Assembly (NCBI GenBank): GCA_964019335.1
Contig: OZ025675.1
Span: 558,001-622,000 of the forward strand
Origin: Diplonema japonicum
Taxonomy: Eukaryota > Protista > Euglenozoa: Diplonemea
Length of the DNA stretch: 64,000 nt
Direction of reading: 5' to 3'
The notes beneath the pieces were generated by a model. That model had not been told where the DNA came from and did not search any database. It worked only from the letters and a program-made list of their open reading frames with translations. Shown piece after piece: positions 31,646 through 44,200 of the stretch. Each line of letters starts with the position of its first letter. The stretch's first letter is position 1. Position numbers and translations under genes: made by a program.

Positions 31646-33370
31646 CTATCTCTTGATGCTTCCTTTTTGGAGCCTCGCTTTCGTTCCGATGGCGGATACC
31701 AGTGTCTTTCGCAGACGGTTGATGCGGTCCTTCTTCAGGTTGGTCTTCAGCTCTCTTAGCCTGTCCTGGGTTTCTCGTGAGGCGAAGATCGGTCTCCTTG
31801 CAAAGCCTATCGCCGCCTTCCCTCCTATTGCCATGAGGGACTTCACTCTCGTTTTGTTCTTCGCCGGGAAAGGCCTTTTCCTTCCTTGTAATGCGCACCT
31901 GTCGTTCACCTTTTGGATCAGTTTCTTGATCCTTCGCGCCTTTTCATCCTGCGTCATTCCCAGCGATCTTCGTGTCGTCGCTTCGAAGTCTAGGGCTAAC
32001 TCCACCGCCGTCACCTCCGACGTCGTGTCTTCTTTAACCCATCTTAGCTCCGACATCCATTTCAACAGCGACTCCGCGTACATCCGCAGTATCCCACTTG
32101 TCGTCCCGAGCTGTTCCAACGTCGGCGTCAAGTGCTTTACTCCTACCACTTTCCGTTCCCACGGCAGTTCTCCTCCAAAATCCTCCACTTGGATCAGTTC
32201 TTCATCACGTTTTGCTACTATCATCGCCAGGTACCTCTGCAACCTCTCCAGGTGTGCAAATCCGTGCCCCCTCGGCAAGATCCCGTGCAGTTCCAGGCAG
32301 AGAGGCCAGCCCGACCTGTCGCGTAGCGGTTCCAACCCGTCCCTCGCCAGCTCTTCCAGCGCAAGTGGGCATTCGTACAGCTGGTGCCGTAGCAGCGTCA
32401 CTGTGTTCTGGTGTACTGCTGTGCATATGTCGCATCTATAATTCTGAGGAAGCATTGTCTCTCCGGGTGGTCTCCCGTCCTCTCTTTTCAAGTCATCATT
32501 GTCCGGTTCCTCTTCCTCACTTGCCGGGTCGAGCGGAACGGTTTTCGGTCCCGCACTGGCGTGTGGGCTTATGTAGGGGACTGCTCCTGCTATGATCCTC
32601 CTGATCTGGTAGGCTACCACCGGATCCCTCTCCTCCTTCCACAGCCTATTCGTTTCAGGGTCAGCCCCAGCCTCGAGTCCTCGTACCGTGCTCCTTTCCT
32701 TCGTGAGGTCCCCGCACCGGGCCTTCCTCACAGCTTCCCTGAAGACGTGTCCTCTTTCTGGCCATCCCATGTTCTTGCAGTCCGTCAATCGGCTCCAGCT
32801 CCATCCGATGTACGGCAGCCATCTTTTCATCAGGTTCCCAACCGGACCTCTTGGCGCCCCCCCTTCCACGTAGCGTTCTGCTATTTTCTGCAACCTTTGT
32901 CGCAGTCCTTCCTTTTCCATGCCCTCGGATATCATTTTGAGGGACCGGTACGCCACTAATGAGGTAGGGTCGTTGGTGTGTCCCTTCAGCAGGACTGCAT
33001 TCACAGCAATAGGCGAGCGGCCACGGTGGTGGGGGCCCCATAGGCATACTGTGATCCTCGTCGTCAATTTCTTGATCGTTTCCTTATTCGGCGGTGAGAA
33101 GGGGCTCGCGTATAGGCAGGAGGGCAGTATCGACGAGCTCACAAAGTGCGCTTTGGTTTCGAAGGCCAGGTTCGTGTTCCCCAGTCTATCCAGGGACCCG
33201 AATGCTTTGGTCGATGGGGCGTTCCATGTCGTTCCTGCTTCCATGCTCAGCTGCACCCCGAGTGCCTTCAGGCTCTTTACCGTTTTGTACGGCACTGTGA
33301 CCTCAACGCCCTTCCGGCTCTCCTTTCTGTTCCCCAAGACCTCGGATTTGAACCCTCTCGCCGTGCCGAA
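31646..33370 (-). mobile_element. 5'-truncated non-LTR retrotransposon (RT thumb, CCHC knuckle, C-terminal domain), uninterrupted frame
   Basis: SSILPSCLYASPFSPP, RRIIAGAV, CDIC..H....C, LHGILPRG and VELALDFE shared with the 10346 ORF. Confidence 0.88.
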
Positions 33371-33916
33371 GGCAACAAAACAAAAAAAGAAAAAACAACA
33401 AAAAAAAAAAGACAAAAGTATGCACAGAAGTATGTCTTTCTTCTATTTCAAAAGCTTTTTTTTCTCTTTTGTGCAACTCAACTGCAACCGTTTTTTGAGA
33501 GCTGATCGGACAAACCTTAGTACTATAGCCTGAATTTGGAAATAGGGGAAATCTTTTTTTTTTTTTCTTCTTTTATTTGTAAAAAGTCTAGATGTCTACC
33601 ACAGAGGTCCTACCTTAAACCACTGTGCTTCCTCTGCGGTAAGAAAGAAAAAAAGACAAATGGAATAAAAAAGAAATGCAATTTTCTCAGATGTCAATTT
33701 TGAGTTTGAAAACTCCGGCTTTTTCTGTCAGAAAAAACAATCATATAGGCATAGAATGGAACTATTAGAATATTTTCTTTTTTTTTTTGAATCCTTTCCC
33801 TTTTTCAGGTTTCATATATAAGCACACTGCTCTTCTTGGTTGATGTTGCATTTTCCACAAAAGAAAAAAAAAGGGGGGGAGGGCGCGCGCTTTTATTCGC
33901 ATCACATATTAGGTTT

Positions 33917-33949
<33 letters not shown>

Positions 33950-34739
33950 TTTACTAATAAATGAGTAGATGATGGTTCTACTAGAATTTTGTTATTTTTT
34001 TTCTCTTTTTTTTCTTTCTTTCTCCCTCTTTTTTTTTTTTTTTTTTTTTTTAAACTCCAAATCTTAATATCATATTTAAGTCCAAGCGCTGTGTAGCCTG
34101 TGCTGCCCCCAACCCCTTAAATAGGCTCTTGGATATTGTATTTTTGATGTATTTTGATATTCGCATTTCTGGTAACATTACAAAACAATTACACTACAAA
34201 AAAATGAAATAGAAACAGCTTTTTTTCCTCCCCTCCTTTTTTTTTTTTTTTTTTGAAGAAATACAAGATGAAAAGGGGGGGGTCACATGGTAGTAGCAAA
34301 AATGGGTTTTTTTTTTTTTTCAATTTCGCCAGTGCCACGCCCCCTTTTTTTTTTTTGACCAAGGGGGCATTATTTTGCATTTTCTTTTAAAAGGTGACCA
34401 CGGTTTTGTATCTTCTGAAATTTTTTGTGTTGATTTTTTGAACTTTTCTGTGTTTTGCGCGGCATTTCAGATGAATATCTATCATTTTCCCGAGGTTAGG
34501 ATGGTAACAAATAAAGCATTAACAAGAGCTCAGTAGCCCTAATCCGTCGGTTTTTGATATTTTGGTCATTTTAGAGGGTATTGGATGGCTTTACCTTAGA
34601 AAAAAATCTTTTTTGAAAGCTTTTTTTTTCTTCACTTTTACCACGTTTTTTAAGGGGCATATAAAAAAAACCCCCCCCCCCGAGGGCTATGCTACTTAAG
34701 GAAATGCGTTTCCTTTTCAGAGGAAACGTGTTCCCTTCT

Positions 34740-34843
34740 TAAGGAAACGGCCCCAAAATAAGGAAACGGCCCCAAAATAAGAAAACGGCCCCAAAATAAG
34801 GAAACGGCCCTAAAATAAGGAAACGGCCCTAAAATAAGGAAAC
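34740..34843. repeat. 19-bp tandem repeat (aaggaaacggccccaaaat) x5 within an aggaaacg/cgtttcct-rich segment 34696-34925
   Basis: Direct inspection; no spacers. Confidence 0.9.
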
Positions 34844-34992
34844 GTTTTCTGTTTTCGTTTCCGTTTTCCTTATTTTCAAAAAGAAATAAAAATAAAAATA
34901 AAAAGCTTGGAAACGTTTCCTTAGGAAAGAAGAAGAAAAAAAAGAGAGAGAAAAAAAAAAAAAAACCAGTTACACATGCTGCCAGTACATCG

Positions 34993-35024
<32 letters not shown>

Positions 35025-37014
35025 GTAAAAAAAAAAAGAAAAATGAAAAGGAACCAGGCACTGATCTGAGTTCTTTTTTTCACCATACCACTCATCCTTG
35101 ACTAGGACGCAGGCTTCTGTGAACTTGTTTTCAGCATGTCAGCAAGCAATCTATCCAGGCAAGCCGGGTCCATTGCTTTTGGGCGTTTTAGTGGAGTCCT
35201 GCTGCAGCAGCATACTGTTGTGCTTGCCGTTGCAGCAATGTGCTGCGGAGATGAAGAGCGGGAAGAGGTACCCCCCCCCCCCCCCCCCCCGCTAGAAAAG
35301 TGCCCAAGAAAAATGTCCGGGATAAGAAAAAAAAGATTTCTTTTTCTTTTTTTTTAAAACACATTCGGACTCTAGTTAATTCAATACCAACGCCACATGG
35401 ATTGATGACTGTAAGAAAGATCGGATTCTGTCTGCTAACCAGACATTTTTCACTTACAGCACTTTTTTTTTTTTTTTTTTTTTTCCAAAATTTTATTTTT
35501 CTCTCTTTTTTTCAGAATTTGCAGGTGCATCGCTTCCAGTAAACGAGAAGACTTCTGATAAGTGCCAACTTTTACTGCGAGAAATACAGAAAACACCATC
35601 AAAAACCACTTTTTTTTTTTTTTTTTTTTTTCTTCTTTCGATAAAAAAAAAAATAAAACAAGAAATAAAAAAAGATCATAAGGAACAGAACACAAGGAAA
35701 TAACTTTTAATAAAAAAAAAAAAGAAAAAAGAAGAGAAAAAAAAAAAAGAGAAAAAAGAATGAAAGTAACATAAATTGCGTGAAGTCTCTTGTGTAGTCA
35801 AATAATTTATTTCTTCATTCGTGGGGCGGGGTTCCTTCCTTTTTATCTTTTTTTTTTTCTTTTTTTCTTTCTTTCTTTCCCACGGTGTAACTACATTTCG
35901 ACAAAATAGGTATAATATAGCTGCTTAAGAAAGCATATGTGTTTAACTCTGTTGTTAAACGATATAAATCTTGATGTTCAAAAATCTTTTTTTCTTTATC
36001 GTTTTTAACCAGAAAACGCGTTGCGGCACATGGCAAACAACGAAAACCTTATTGCGGCTTGAGTGCCGCCCTCTCTTCTTTTTTTGTTTTTAAAAAGTAA
36101 CAACTCGTATATGACTGGTGATCCGTAGATCCACGGTTGCATCTTGGTGGATCGCGCCAAGCTTTGTTTTCTTTTTTTTTCTTCTTTTTCTTTTCTTCTT
36201 TTTCATTTTTTCTCCCCCCCTCATTACTTCATGGCTTCATGAGGGTAATTAAAATCAACCTGCGGTTGTTGATGGGGAAAAAAAAAAAAAAAAGAAAAAA
36301 AAAAAAAAAAAAAGCAAGAATGTCCTCGTGACACAGGAACCACAGCTAAGGGCATTCCGTGTCAGGACCTTTTAAAAAAAAAAGTTCACTATGATAGGAA
36401 CGAAGTGGTTAGCAACGGCCCGCCCAAAAAAAATACAAAACGTAAGGGGGGAGGGGGGAGGGAAAGAGAAAAGTAACAGCTTCTGAAGAAATGGCCTATA
36501 GCCCTCTTCCCTCCTCTCCCTCAGTGGGGAAAAAAAAAATAAAGTCAAAATAGACCACAAGAGGAGAGGGTGGGCTGGGAGGGGGGGGCACAGGCGCCTG
36601 TTGCAGCAAGCATGAAGATAAGGAAGGAAAAAACCATAATTAAAACCTGAACACCAAAAGATGAATAAAAGGGGGGAAGGCAAAAGAATAAGAATGGAAT
36701 GGTCATGTTTTTCCCCAAGAAAGTCTTAAACCGTTTGGCGGAAAATCCTTATTTCTGCCTCGAGGAACCCCTAGCCCGACCTGCTTTTTGGATGGAGAAT
36801 GTAAATCTGGATCCAAAGACACCAATTTTCACCATTGGGCCGGGGCAAACCGTCACCGGCCATTACCTGCAGAGGGAACGATCTGATCCCCGCCGCATAT
36901 ACCTTAGTGGTAACCAGAAACCCAAATAAAATAAAATAGAAAAGAATAACTTTTTTTCTAATGAAAAGCTACGCAAGGAATTGAAAATCTTGTTACTATT
37001 CACATGGGGTCCCG

Positions 37015-37046
<32 letters not shown>

Positions 37047-38141
37047 TTTTGACCAAACGTCTAACTTTTGGGGAAACGCGACCATATGAAAAAAAAGGGG
37101 GGGGGGGAAAGGGAAGAAGAGAAAAAACTATAATTGGGAAGGATAGTTCTGCAGGTGGTCGGGGCTAAAAAAAAAAAAAAAAACAACACTTAAAAACGTG
37201 CCCTTCCCCCCACCCTTTTTTTTTGCTCTTGCCCTGCACGAGAGAGAACAGAAACAAAACAAAAAAAGAACGAAAAAAATAAAAGGAGGTTGCAAAGACA
37301 CTAATTGTTGCTGTCGGGCCCGCTAGGCGGATAAATGTTAGCCTAGAGCATTATGGCTCGTTCTGCTATTTCTAAATTACTATGTTCAGCTGGATTTAGG
37401 GCCGAAGCGTTACAAAATGTTAGCTTGATTTTCATCTCCCCCCCCCCCCCCCCCCCCGTGTTTAGCATCAAGCCGACAAGAAATGACCAACAAATAAAAT
37501 AGTGTCTAAGCCAAAAAAAGCCATAGAGAGGGGGGAGAGAAGAAGTAAAAGATGGGGATATTTTCATAAGAATAAAAGGATTGCATCCTGGGAGTCACAT
37601 ATAGTTATTTTTGTTAACAAAGCCCTTTGTTTCCTATAACATATTGATGAAAGGTGTTCCTCTTTTTTTTTAAAAAGAGAGAATTAAAAAAAAGGGGGGG
37701 AAAAAAAAGTGTTTTTTATTTTTAATTTAAGAAGCCCCTACTCCTTTTTTTTTTTTTTTTTTTTTTGTTAAACCCTGTTTTCCGTTCTGAAATGATTTTT
37801 TTTTTTTCAGGAGGGGAAAAAAAAAAAAAAAAAGGTGAAAACAATAGGGGGAAAGAAAAATAGAGGAAGAAAGGGGACAAATACTACTAACGAGTCCTAC
37901 ACCAGAATATGCTCCTTTTATTCAAAGAAAAAAAAGAGAGAGGAAAAAAAAAGGGGGGGAAAGAGGAAAGGGAAAAATATAAAAAGGTTGAAGAAAGAAC
38001 ATAAAAAAGGACCACCAAATAAGGTGGCCCGCAACTATTATAAAACTTTCTTACTCGAAAACGGCAGCACGAAAGAAGAAAGAAAATAAATGCTTGGGAC
38101 CCGTCCCTAAGGATGAACCTATATAAAGGAAAATCTCCACC

Positions 38142-38265
38142 AGTCTGTTGATTGTTGTTTGTGCACAGCCGGGGTTAACCTGTAGAAGGATAAGCCCAAC
38201 AATGCTACCACTACTCTTTTTAGCAATAACAATTCATTATCAATATATTGTTTTTTCTTGTTTAA
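38142..38265. repeat. Family B repeat copy interrupted at its end by piggyBac
   Basis: Matches 17590-17713 up to the TTAA. Confidence 0.88.
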
Positions 38266-40057
38266 CCCATAACACTCCAAGGCGCAAATATTTGTCGTTT
38301 TGAAAAATCGTTTTTTTTTTCTCTATGTACTTTTTAGTCCCCACGACCCCTGGATCTCCAAGAACGACTATAGTGAGGAGTTATTTTCAACTGCATTTCA
38401 TGCTGCGCTGCGTCACTTTACCTTGTTATCCACCCACCAAGTGGGTCCCAAATCCGAGTAGATAGGCTAAAAACGCAAAATAACGGGTGTGCATACTGTG
38501 TCCAAATTGTTCCCAAAAAACGCAAAGGTAAAGCCAAAACAGCTACGGACGAGGTCCAACCTTCATGGGTAAGGGAGTTGGTACCCATAGAGACCATACA
38601 ATAGGCCAGTGGGGAGAAAAAAAGCTGTCCCGTGGTACGCAGAAACCTGACGACGCAAAATGGTTATTCCTTTCGGTTTTTTTATAAGAAGCTCACAGAC
38701 ATCATCCAAGAAGAGACAAACAAGCAAAAGGACGCTGAGATTGATAAAATTTCGACCCAAGACTCCACCGCTTACTCGGATTGAGCATTGCGATGGGTTT
38801 ACGGCGTGCCCAGAATCAGCAGTCATATTGGTCCACAGGACCCATGAAAATCCCCCTTTTCAGTAACACGATGCCCAGGAGGAGACGCTACTGGGAAATC
38901 AAAAGTAGCCTCCACTTCACTCACACAGAAGAGTCAAATGGTGATGTGTTGTGAAGATACGAGGGCTTCTGGACAGAATTGGTGACAAGTGGGCAAAAGC
39001 AGCAGTGCCAGGAAAATATTTAAGCATTGACGAGACACTCGTACCTTCACGGGGCAATTGGGGGGCTGCGGGTCTACTATCCTCTCAAGCGTAAAAGATA
39101 TGGCATAAAAATCAACTGCTTAAACTGCACGAGCACGGGTTATCTTTTGCGTTTTCACATCCACGCCACCAAAATCGAGGGGCACGCACTTGAAGATTTC
39201 AGTGTTGTGGAAAAAGCGGTGCTGGGGTTAACAGAGCCTTTCCGGGGAAATGACAACACGGTAGTTTGCGATAGCTACTTTTCGACTGTGGGTCTGGCCG
39301 AAGCCCTGTGAAAAAACTTTGAGGGCTTGCATTTCGTTGGGGTGTTGCGGACTCTCCTGGTGGGCCCTAGAAGTGACAATAGTTAACTGCCATGCACTTC
39401 AAATAAAATATGGTTCAGGGATGCCAAAGAGATACACAACCCTGGCTGCTTTTAAAGAGCGCTTTCGAGAGAGCCTAATTGATGGGTCCAGCGTTGCAAA
39501 AACACCACTCCCGGCACCCAACTAGTGGTGCACACACCCCCGATACCCCAGATTACACCAAACGTGACCGCTAGCCACTCAAAGGGAGCACCTCCAGGGT
39601 CTGCAGGTTGAAAGGATGCACAAAACGCACAATTTACAAATGCTACACCTGAAACCAACACCTCTGTCCAAATAAGTGCTTTTTTCGTACCACTCTTCCA
39701 TCACCCCAAAAAGGCCTCTTGACGATTTCGAGGCCGATATTCCACCCGCAAATAGGCACTTCTCTCGGTCTGAGACATCTGAGGGGTCCTGATGCTGCCT
39801 TTTTTGTCCCAAGATGCTCAATTTACACCCCCCCGTGCACAACCCATTTTGACATGGTCGTTTTTGAGCACCCTACGGCCATTCAACTCTTCATCCCCTT
39901 TGTATTTTTATTAATTTTTGAACTTTTTTTTTAATTTTCCTGGTCCAAAAAACCCGTTTTACCTGCAAACGGGGGTTAAATGCTGCATTTTCCCCTCAAA
40001 TTATGAAAAGGAGCAAAAAAGGGACACCTATGTAGATAGGCCCCGGAGCGTTATGGG
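38266..40057 (+). mobile_element. Decayed piggyBac DNA transposon
   Basis: TTAA at 38262-38265 and 40058-40061; TIRs cccataacactcc / ggagcgttatggg; transposase remnants 38870-39360: RYWEIKSSLHF, PGKYLSIDETLVP, YPLKRKRYGIKI, VVCDSYFSTVGL with stops, frameshifts and deletions. Confidence 0.92.
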
Positions 40058-40064
40058 TTAAGGG

Positions 40065-40114
<50 letters not shown>

Positions 40115-40685
40115 TCGATAGTTAGAGGCAAGATTAGCCCACGAGGACGGCAGCCCGCTTTTTCTTTTTTTTTTTTTTTTTTTTTTCTTCTTTTTTTTTT
40201 TTTTTTTTCATGGATACCAAGAAAGACTCAGAATCCATCAGAAGGTTGTGCAACTGAATTGCAGTCCAAGCGTGCATAGTGTTTCAAACTTCTCTAAAAT
40301 CCATAAATGATCCTGTACCAGGTGGTGCTGGTGTCAGGTTTGCATACACTTATAGAATGGCTCCCCCAACCCACTTTTTTTTTTTTTTTTCCTCCTTTCC
40401 CGTTCCCAGTCCACTTTTTCTTTTTCAAAAAAAATTATTTTTTCGTTTGATATATATATTTTTTTTTTCTCGGGGGGTGGGATGGGGAAGAGAGCAGGAG
40501 AGCCTCGAGAAGGAGAGAATAAAAAAAAAAAAAAGGTTTGCATAACTGCAAGAGGAAAACTCTCAGCACTAGCGTTTAATAGCAGTAGTAGCTTTATCAC
40601 CCCCCCCCCCCCCCCCTGGATTTTCGTTTGTCGAAACGTGCAATAGTCGCAAGCCGATTACAGGGCCCTTCAGTCAGTGACACCC

Positions 40686-40726
<41 letters not shown>

Positions 40727-41287
40727 TATAATCAGCATCACTTTCTTATTTTTTTTTTGACGACAAGAGGCGGCTTCTTCGCCTTCTTTTCTTTTGAAAT
40801 TATATAAACGCGCTTGGCCCCATCACACCCCTCTTTTTTTTTTTTTTTGTTTTGTTTTGTTTAGACAAATAAAATAAAATAAAAAGATTGAAAGGTGTAT
40901 TTTTTTTTTTTTTTTTTTTTTTACCAGGGAGAGGGGGGAAAACTCGCAACAAAGAAAATTGATTGATTACCTAGAAAAATGCGGGGGGGGGGGGGGGGGG
41001 GGGGAGGCGGGGGAAGATTCTGTCTTTCATGGATTATTCTGTCAAAATATAAAAAATAAAAAAAATAAAAATAAAAAAAATAATAAGAGGAACCTGACCG
41101 TTGGTTGTTTGTGCGTGTACCGGGAGAAGAAAACTGGGGGGGGGGGGGGGGGGGGGGGAAGCTTATTATTAACCGCTAGAACACGTTGCCAACCGTTGGA
41201 TGGGATCCTTGCTCGCTTCGGGTCCGAAACATGGCGGGGACGGTATTTCTGTTGAAAGGGTAGAGCACAAAAAAAAAAAAAAAAAAA

Positions 41288-44200
41288 TTATTCCATATGC
41301 CGCGGCAGCGGCTTCACAGTAAGCTGCTCCCCAAGCCCTGTCAGTGCACAGGGGGGTGTCAACACAGCAGTCCTCTCCCTACCACCAGGGCTTTTCCCGT
41401 CTATACATGTTGCTGAAGACGGGGTGGCAATCGGACACGGCCTCACATATTCAATAGGGCAGCTCGACAACTTCACCCCCGAGGCAGCGAATATTGACCC
41501 ACACTGTGACGGCTCTATCGGTGGTGGGATATCACCTGGCATTAAGTGTCTGGACAGAGTTCCAATACACCCCTGCAGCCACAGCTCGAATCTGTCGGGG
41601 GTGTCGGCAGTTGTTATGTGTTCATTGATTGTTATCAAAGCTTTTCCGGTATCCCTCAGTTCGAACATCTGAGACAATGCCAGCTTCCACCCCGCAAGTT
41701 CTTGAGAATCCTGCCTTTCCTGCAGCTCATACATCCACTCTCTGGCGTTGATGGAGTTTTCAATGTCGTTGAAACTAAGCAGGGCCGTATCTATCCATCG
41801 ACCGCCGCCTAGTAACGAACTGACTTTGAAGAATTTGGAGAATTCGAAGGCGGAACCCCAATGGTCTTCCAATGAATGCGATGTGACACAGCCGGCGCCT
41901 GTTAGCTGAGCCAGCCTGCTGAGAACATCGGCTTCTTCAAGCAACCCGCCGAGGATGTGAAAGGTCTTGATGTTCTCGGACCCCAACGACCCGCACAAAG
42001 AAAGCCCGATTTTCACACCGCAATGTGCTTTTTCCGTTAGTTTGCATGATGTCTTTGTGACCCGGTACCTTCCCATATCGCCGCCTAGTGAACCCCATGC
42101 TAGGACAACACACTCCTCTTGCACTCTGTGTAGGGTTGCTTTTGTGTCTAATTCGGAGATTGAAATCACCCATTGGAGGAATTCCCCGTGGACTTCTTCG
42201 ATGGAACGGTGTTGGTTGGGAGGGGTGATTAGAGGGCGCACGATGCACACCCCGACTACACGAATGGCCTTCCCGGAGAGTTGTTTGAAAACCTTCCCGT
42301 TGGAGGACTTATTGCCGTGTGAGAATGACTTTGAAACAGACGATTCTAAGGTGTCCTCACCCGACTCGTTCGTGCTCTCTGTGAAGACTGTTGTGTCGCC
42401 GTCGTCTGCCACCTCGTACACGTTCTTCCCCGTACCGTACCTTACTGACTTTACAACGTGTTGGGGAATGTACTTCACGAACTCCTTCATGATGCTCATG
42501 ATAGTCAGCATTGCAGCTTGTATCCTGTCGGGGTTTTCAAGAGCGTCGAGCTTTTCCAACACTTCGAAGTCTAAGCACGCTACTGCTTCTGCGGTCTCCG
42601 TGGCTAGGACATTCGCTCCGTATAGGCTTTTGTACTTTTCCTTCTCGCCTCTCCATTTCCATACCATCGCTGTGAGGCAGACTCCCACGACCAATCCCAA
42701 CACCCCGCCTGCTACGGACAGGTATGTGATTAACATGTCCCTGCTGTCTTGGTAGATCACGGTCCCGTTGCAGGTTATCGTCTTCATCCTGCTGTGGAGC
42801 GGGTCTTGAAGAATTTCCACCAGCGAATAAAGTTGCAGCTCCGCCATTCTGTCGGCGATTACCGACGACGCCGCGTCGGGAATTGGGTACCTGACCAGCC
42901 AGGACATGAACTGAACACTGCCCGGTACCTCTGTGCAGCCGTGTTCCGGTCTGATATCCGTTTGAAGGTCGACATAGATTACGTAGTAAAACGGGTACGT
43001 TTTCTTAAGCTGCGGGGATGTTCGTTGAATGGTGAGGTCGGAGGTGAACGCTGAGAGGTTGATCGCCTTTCCGAGCTCTTCCAATGATGGCGGTGCAGGA
43101 AGGCCTTCCAGAACAGGATGGACCACTGGAAGCTCCCATTGTGTAGCGTACGAATGGGGTAGAACGGAAATGGCACCAGGGGTGTTCTTGAGATATGTCG
43201 CGAGCGTTGCTTCCGACGAAACAGTTACGTTTGGTGTGAAGCTTGCCGCAGCGGCTGCATCCCATCCGAAGATCTCGAATATCTTCGCGATCCATGTTCC
43301 CTTCTCGTCTGCGACGATAATGATGGGAAGGTCGTGTGAAGGGACGTATCTATTCCTGCTTCGTATCTCCTCGTTGTTCCAGTTGTCGATCTTCCTCTCG
43401 AAGATCTTCATGATGGTTTGCAGTTCCAATTCGATCGATGGGATCGCCAAGCCGAAGTTACACCCCATCGCCAGCAACCCAACGGACATGGGCATGGGGG
43501 TGAAACCAGAAGAGGACGGTACCTCACTGGAACGAACCTTCACATGTGTCGTTGGCTCCACCTCCTTGACCGTCACGTACTGCGACGGCGAGGACTCGTG
43601 GTAGGGGTATGCCAGCGTTTTCAGAAATGTTTGCAGATCCTTCGTAGCGGCCGTTGCATGGATTTGGTTGAGCAGCCGTTTTCCGCATTGTAACCCGGGT
43701 TCTGCAAGCCTGGTCAGAACCATGTTATTAGACTCCACTGATATAGGTACCAAACTGTTACTTGAGACTATCGACTTCGCAACGGACTCCGTCGTCACCC
43801 AGTACATGAAATCGATGACAGCGCAGAGGGAGGTCGGGTTGTCCGCCCGGAAGGCGAGGTACGACACCCCGGACAAGGGGTAGCCGGCGCCGTTGACGAG
43901 ATTCCCTGTTAAGGTCGTAGCGTTAAGCTGCAGGCCACTCGCAGCGGCAGCACCGTCTGCCCAACCAGGGATCGTTGCCTTACCAGCTTCATTGATAACC
44001 GACGCAAATGAAAGCTGCGTGCTAAGAGCACCAGAAACCCCATTGTACCCAATGGAATAAGGCGTTTCCTCCACAAATGCGAGCATCCCCGAAGACTTTG
44101 CGACCCTATCAGGGAACGTGTGCGAGTCGGGCCATGTCGATGATGGCGCACCGCCTGTCCACTGTCCAAACGCCGACAGCCCGCTTGTCATTATCTCTGT

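Noticed and set aside
34740-34843. Possible CRISPR array (19-bp repeats)
   Set aside because: Head-to-tail repeats without spacers, no cas genes, eukaryotic context.
33420-38100. Short poly-K/poly-F ORFs in the gene-free stretch
   Set aside because: Products of homopolymer runs; no coding signal.
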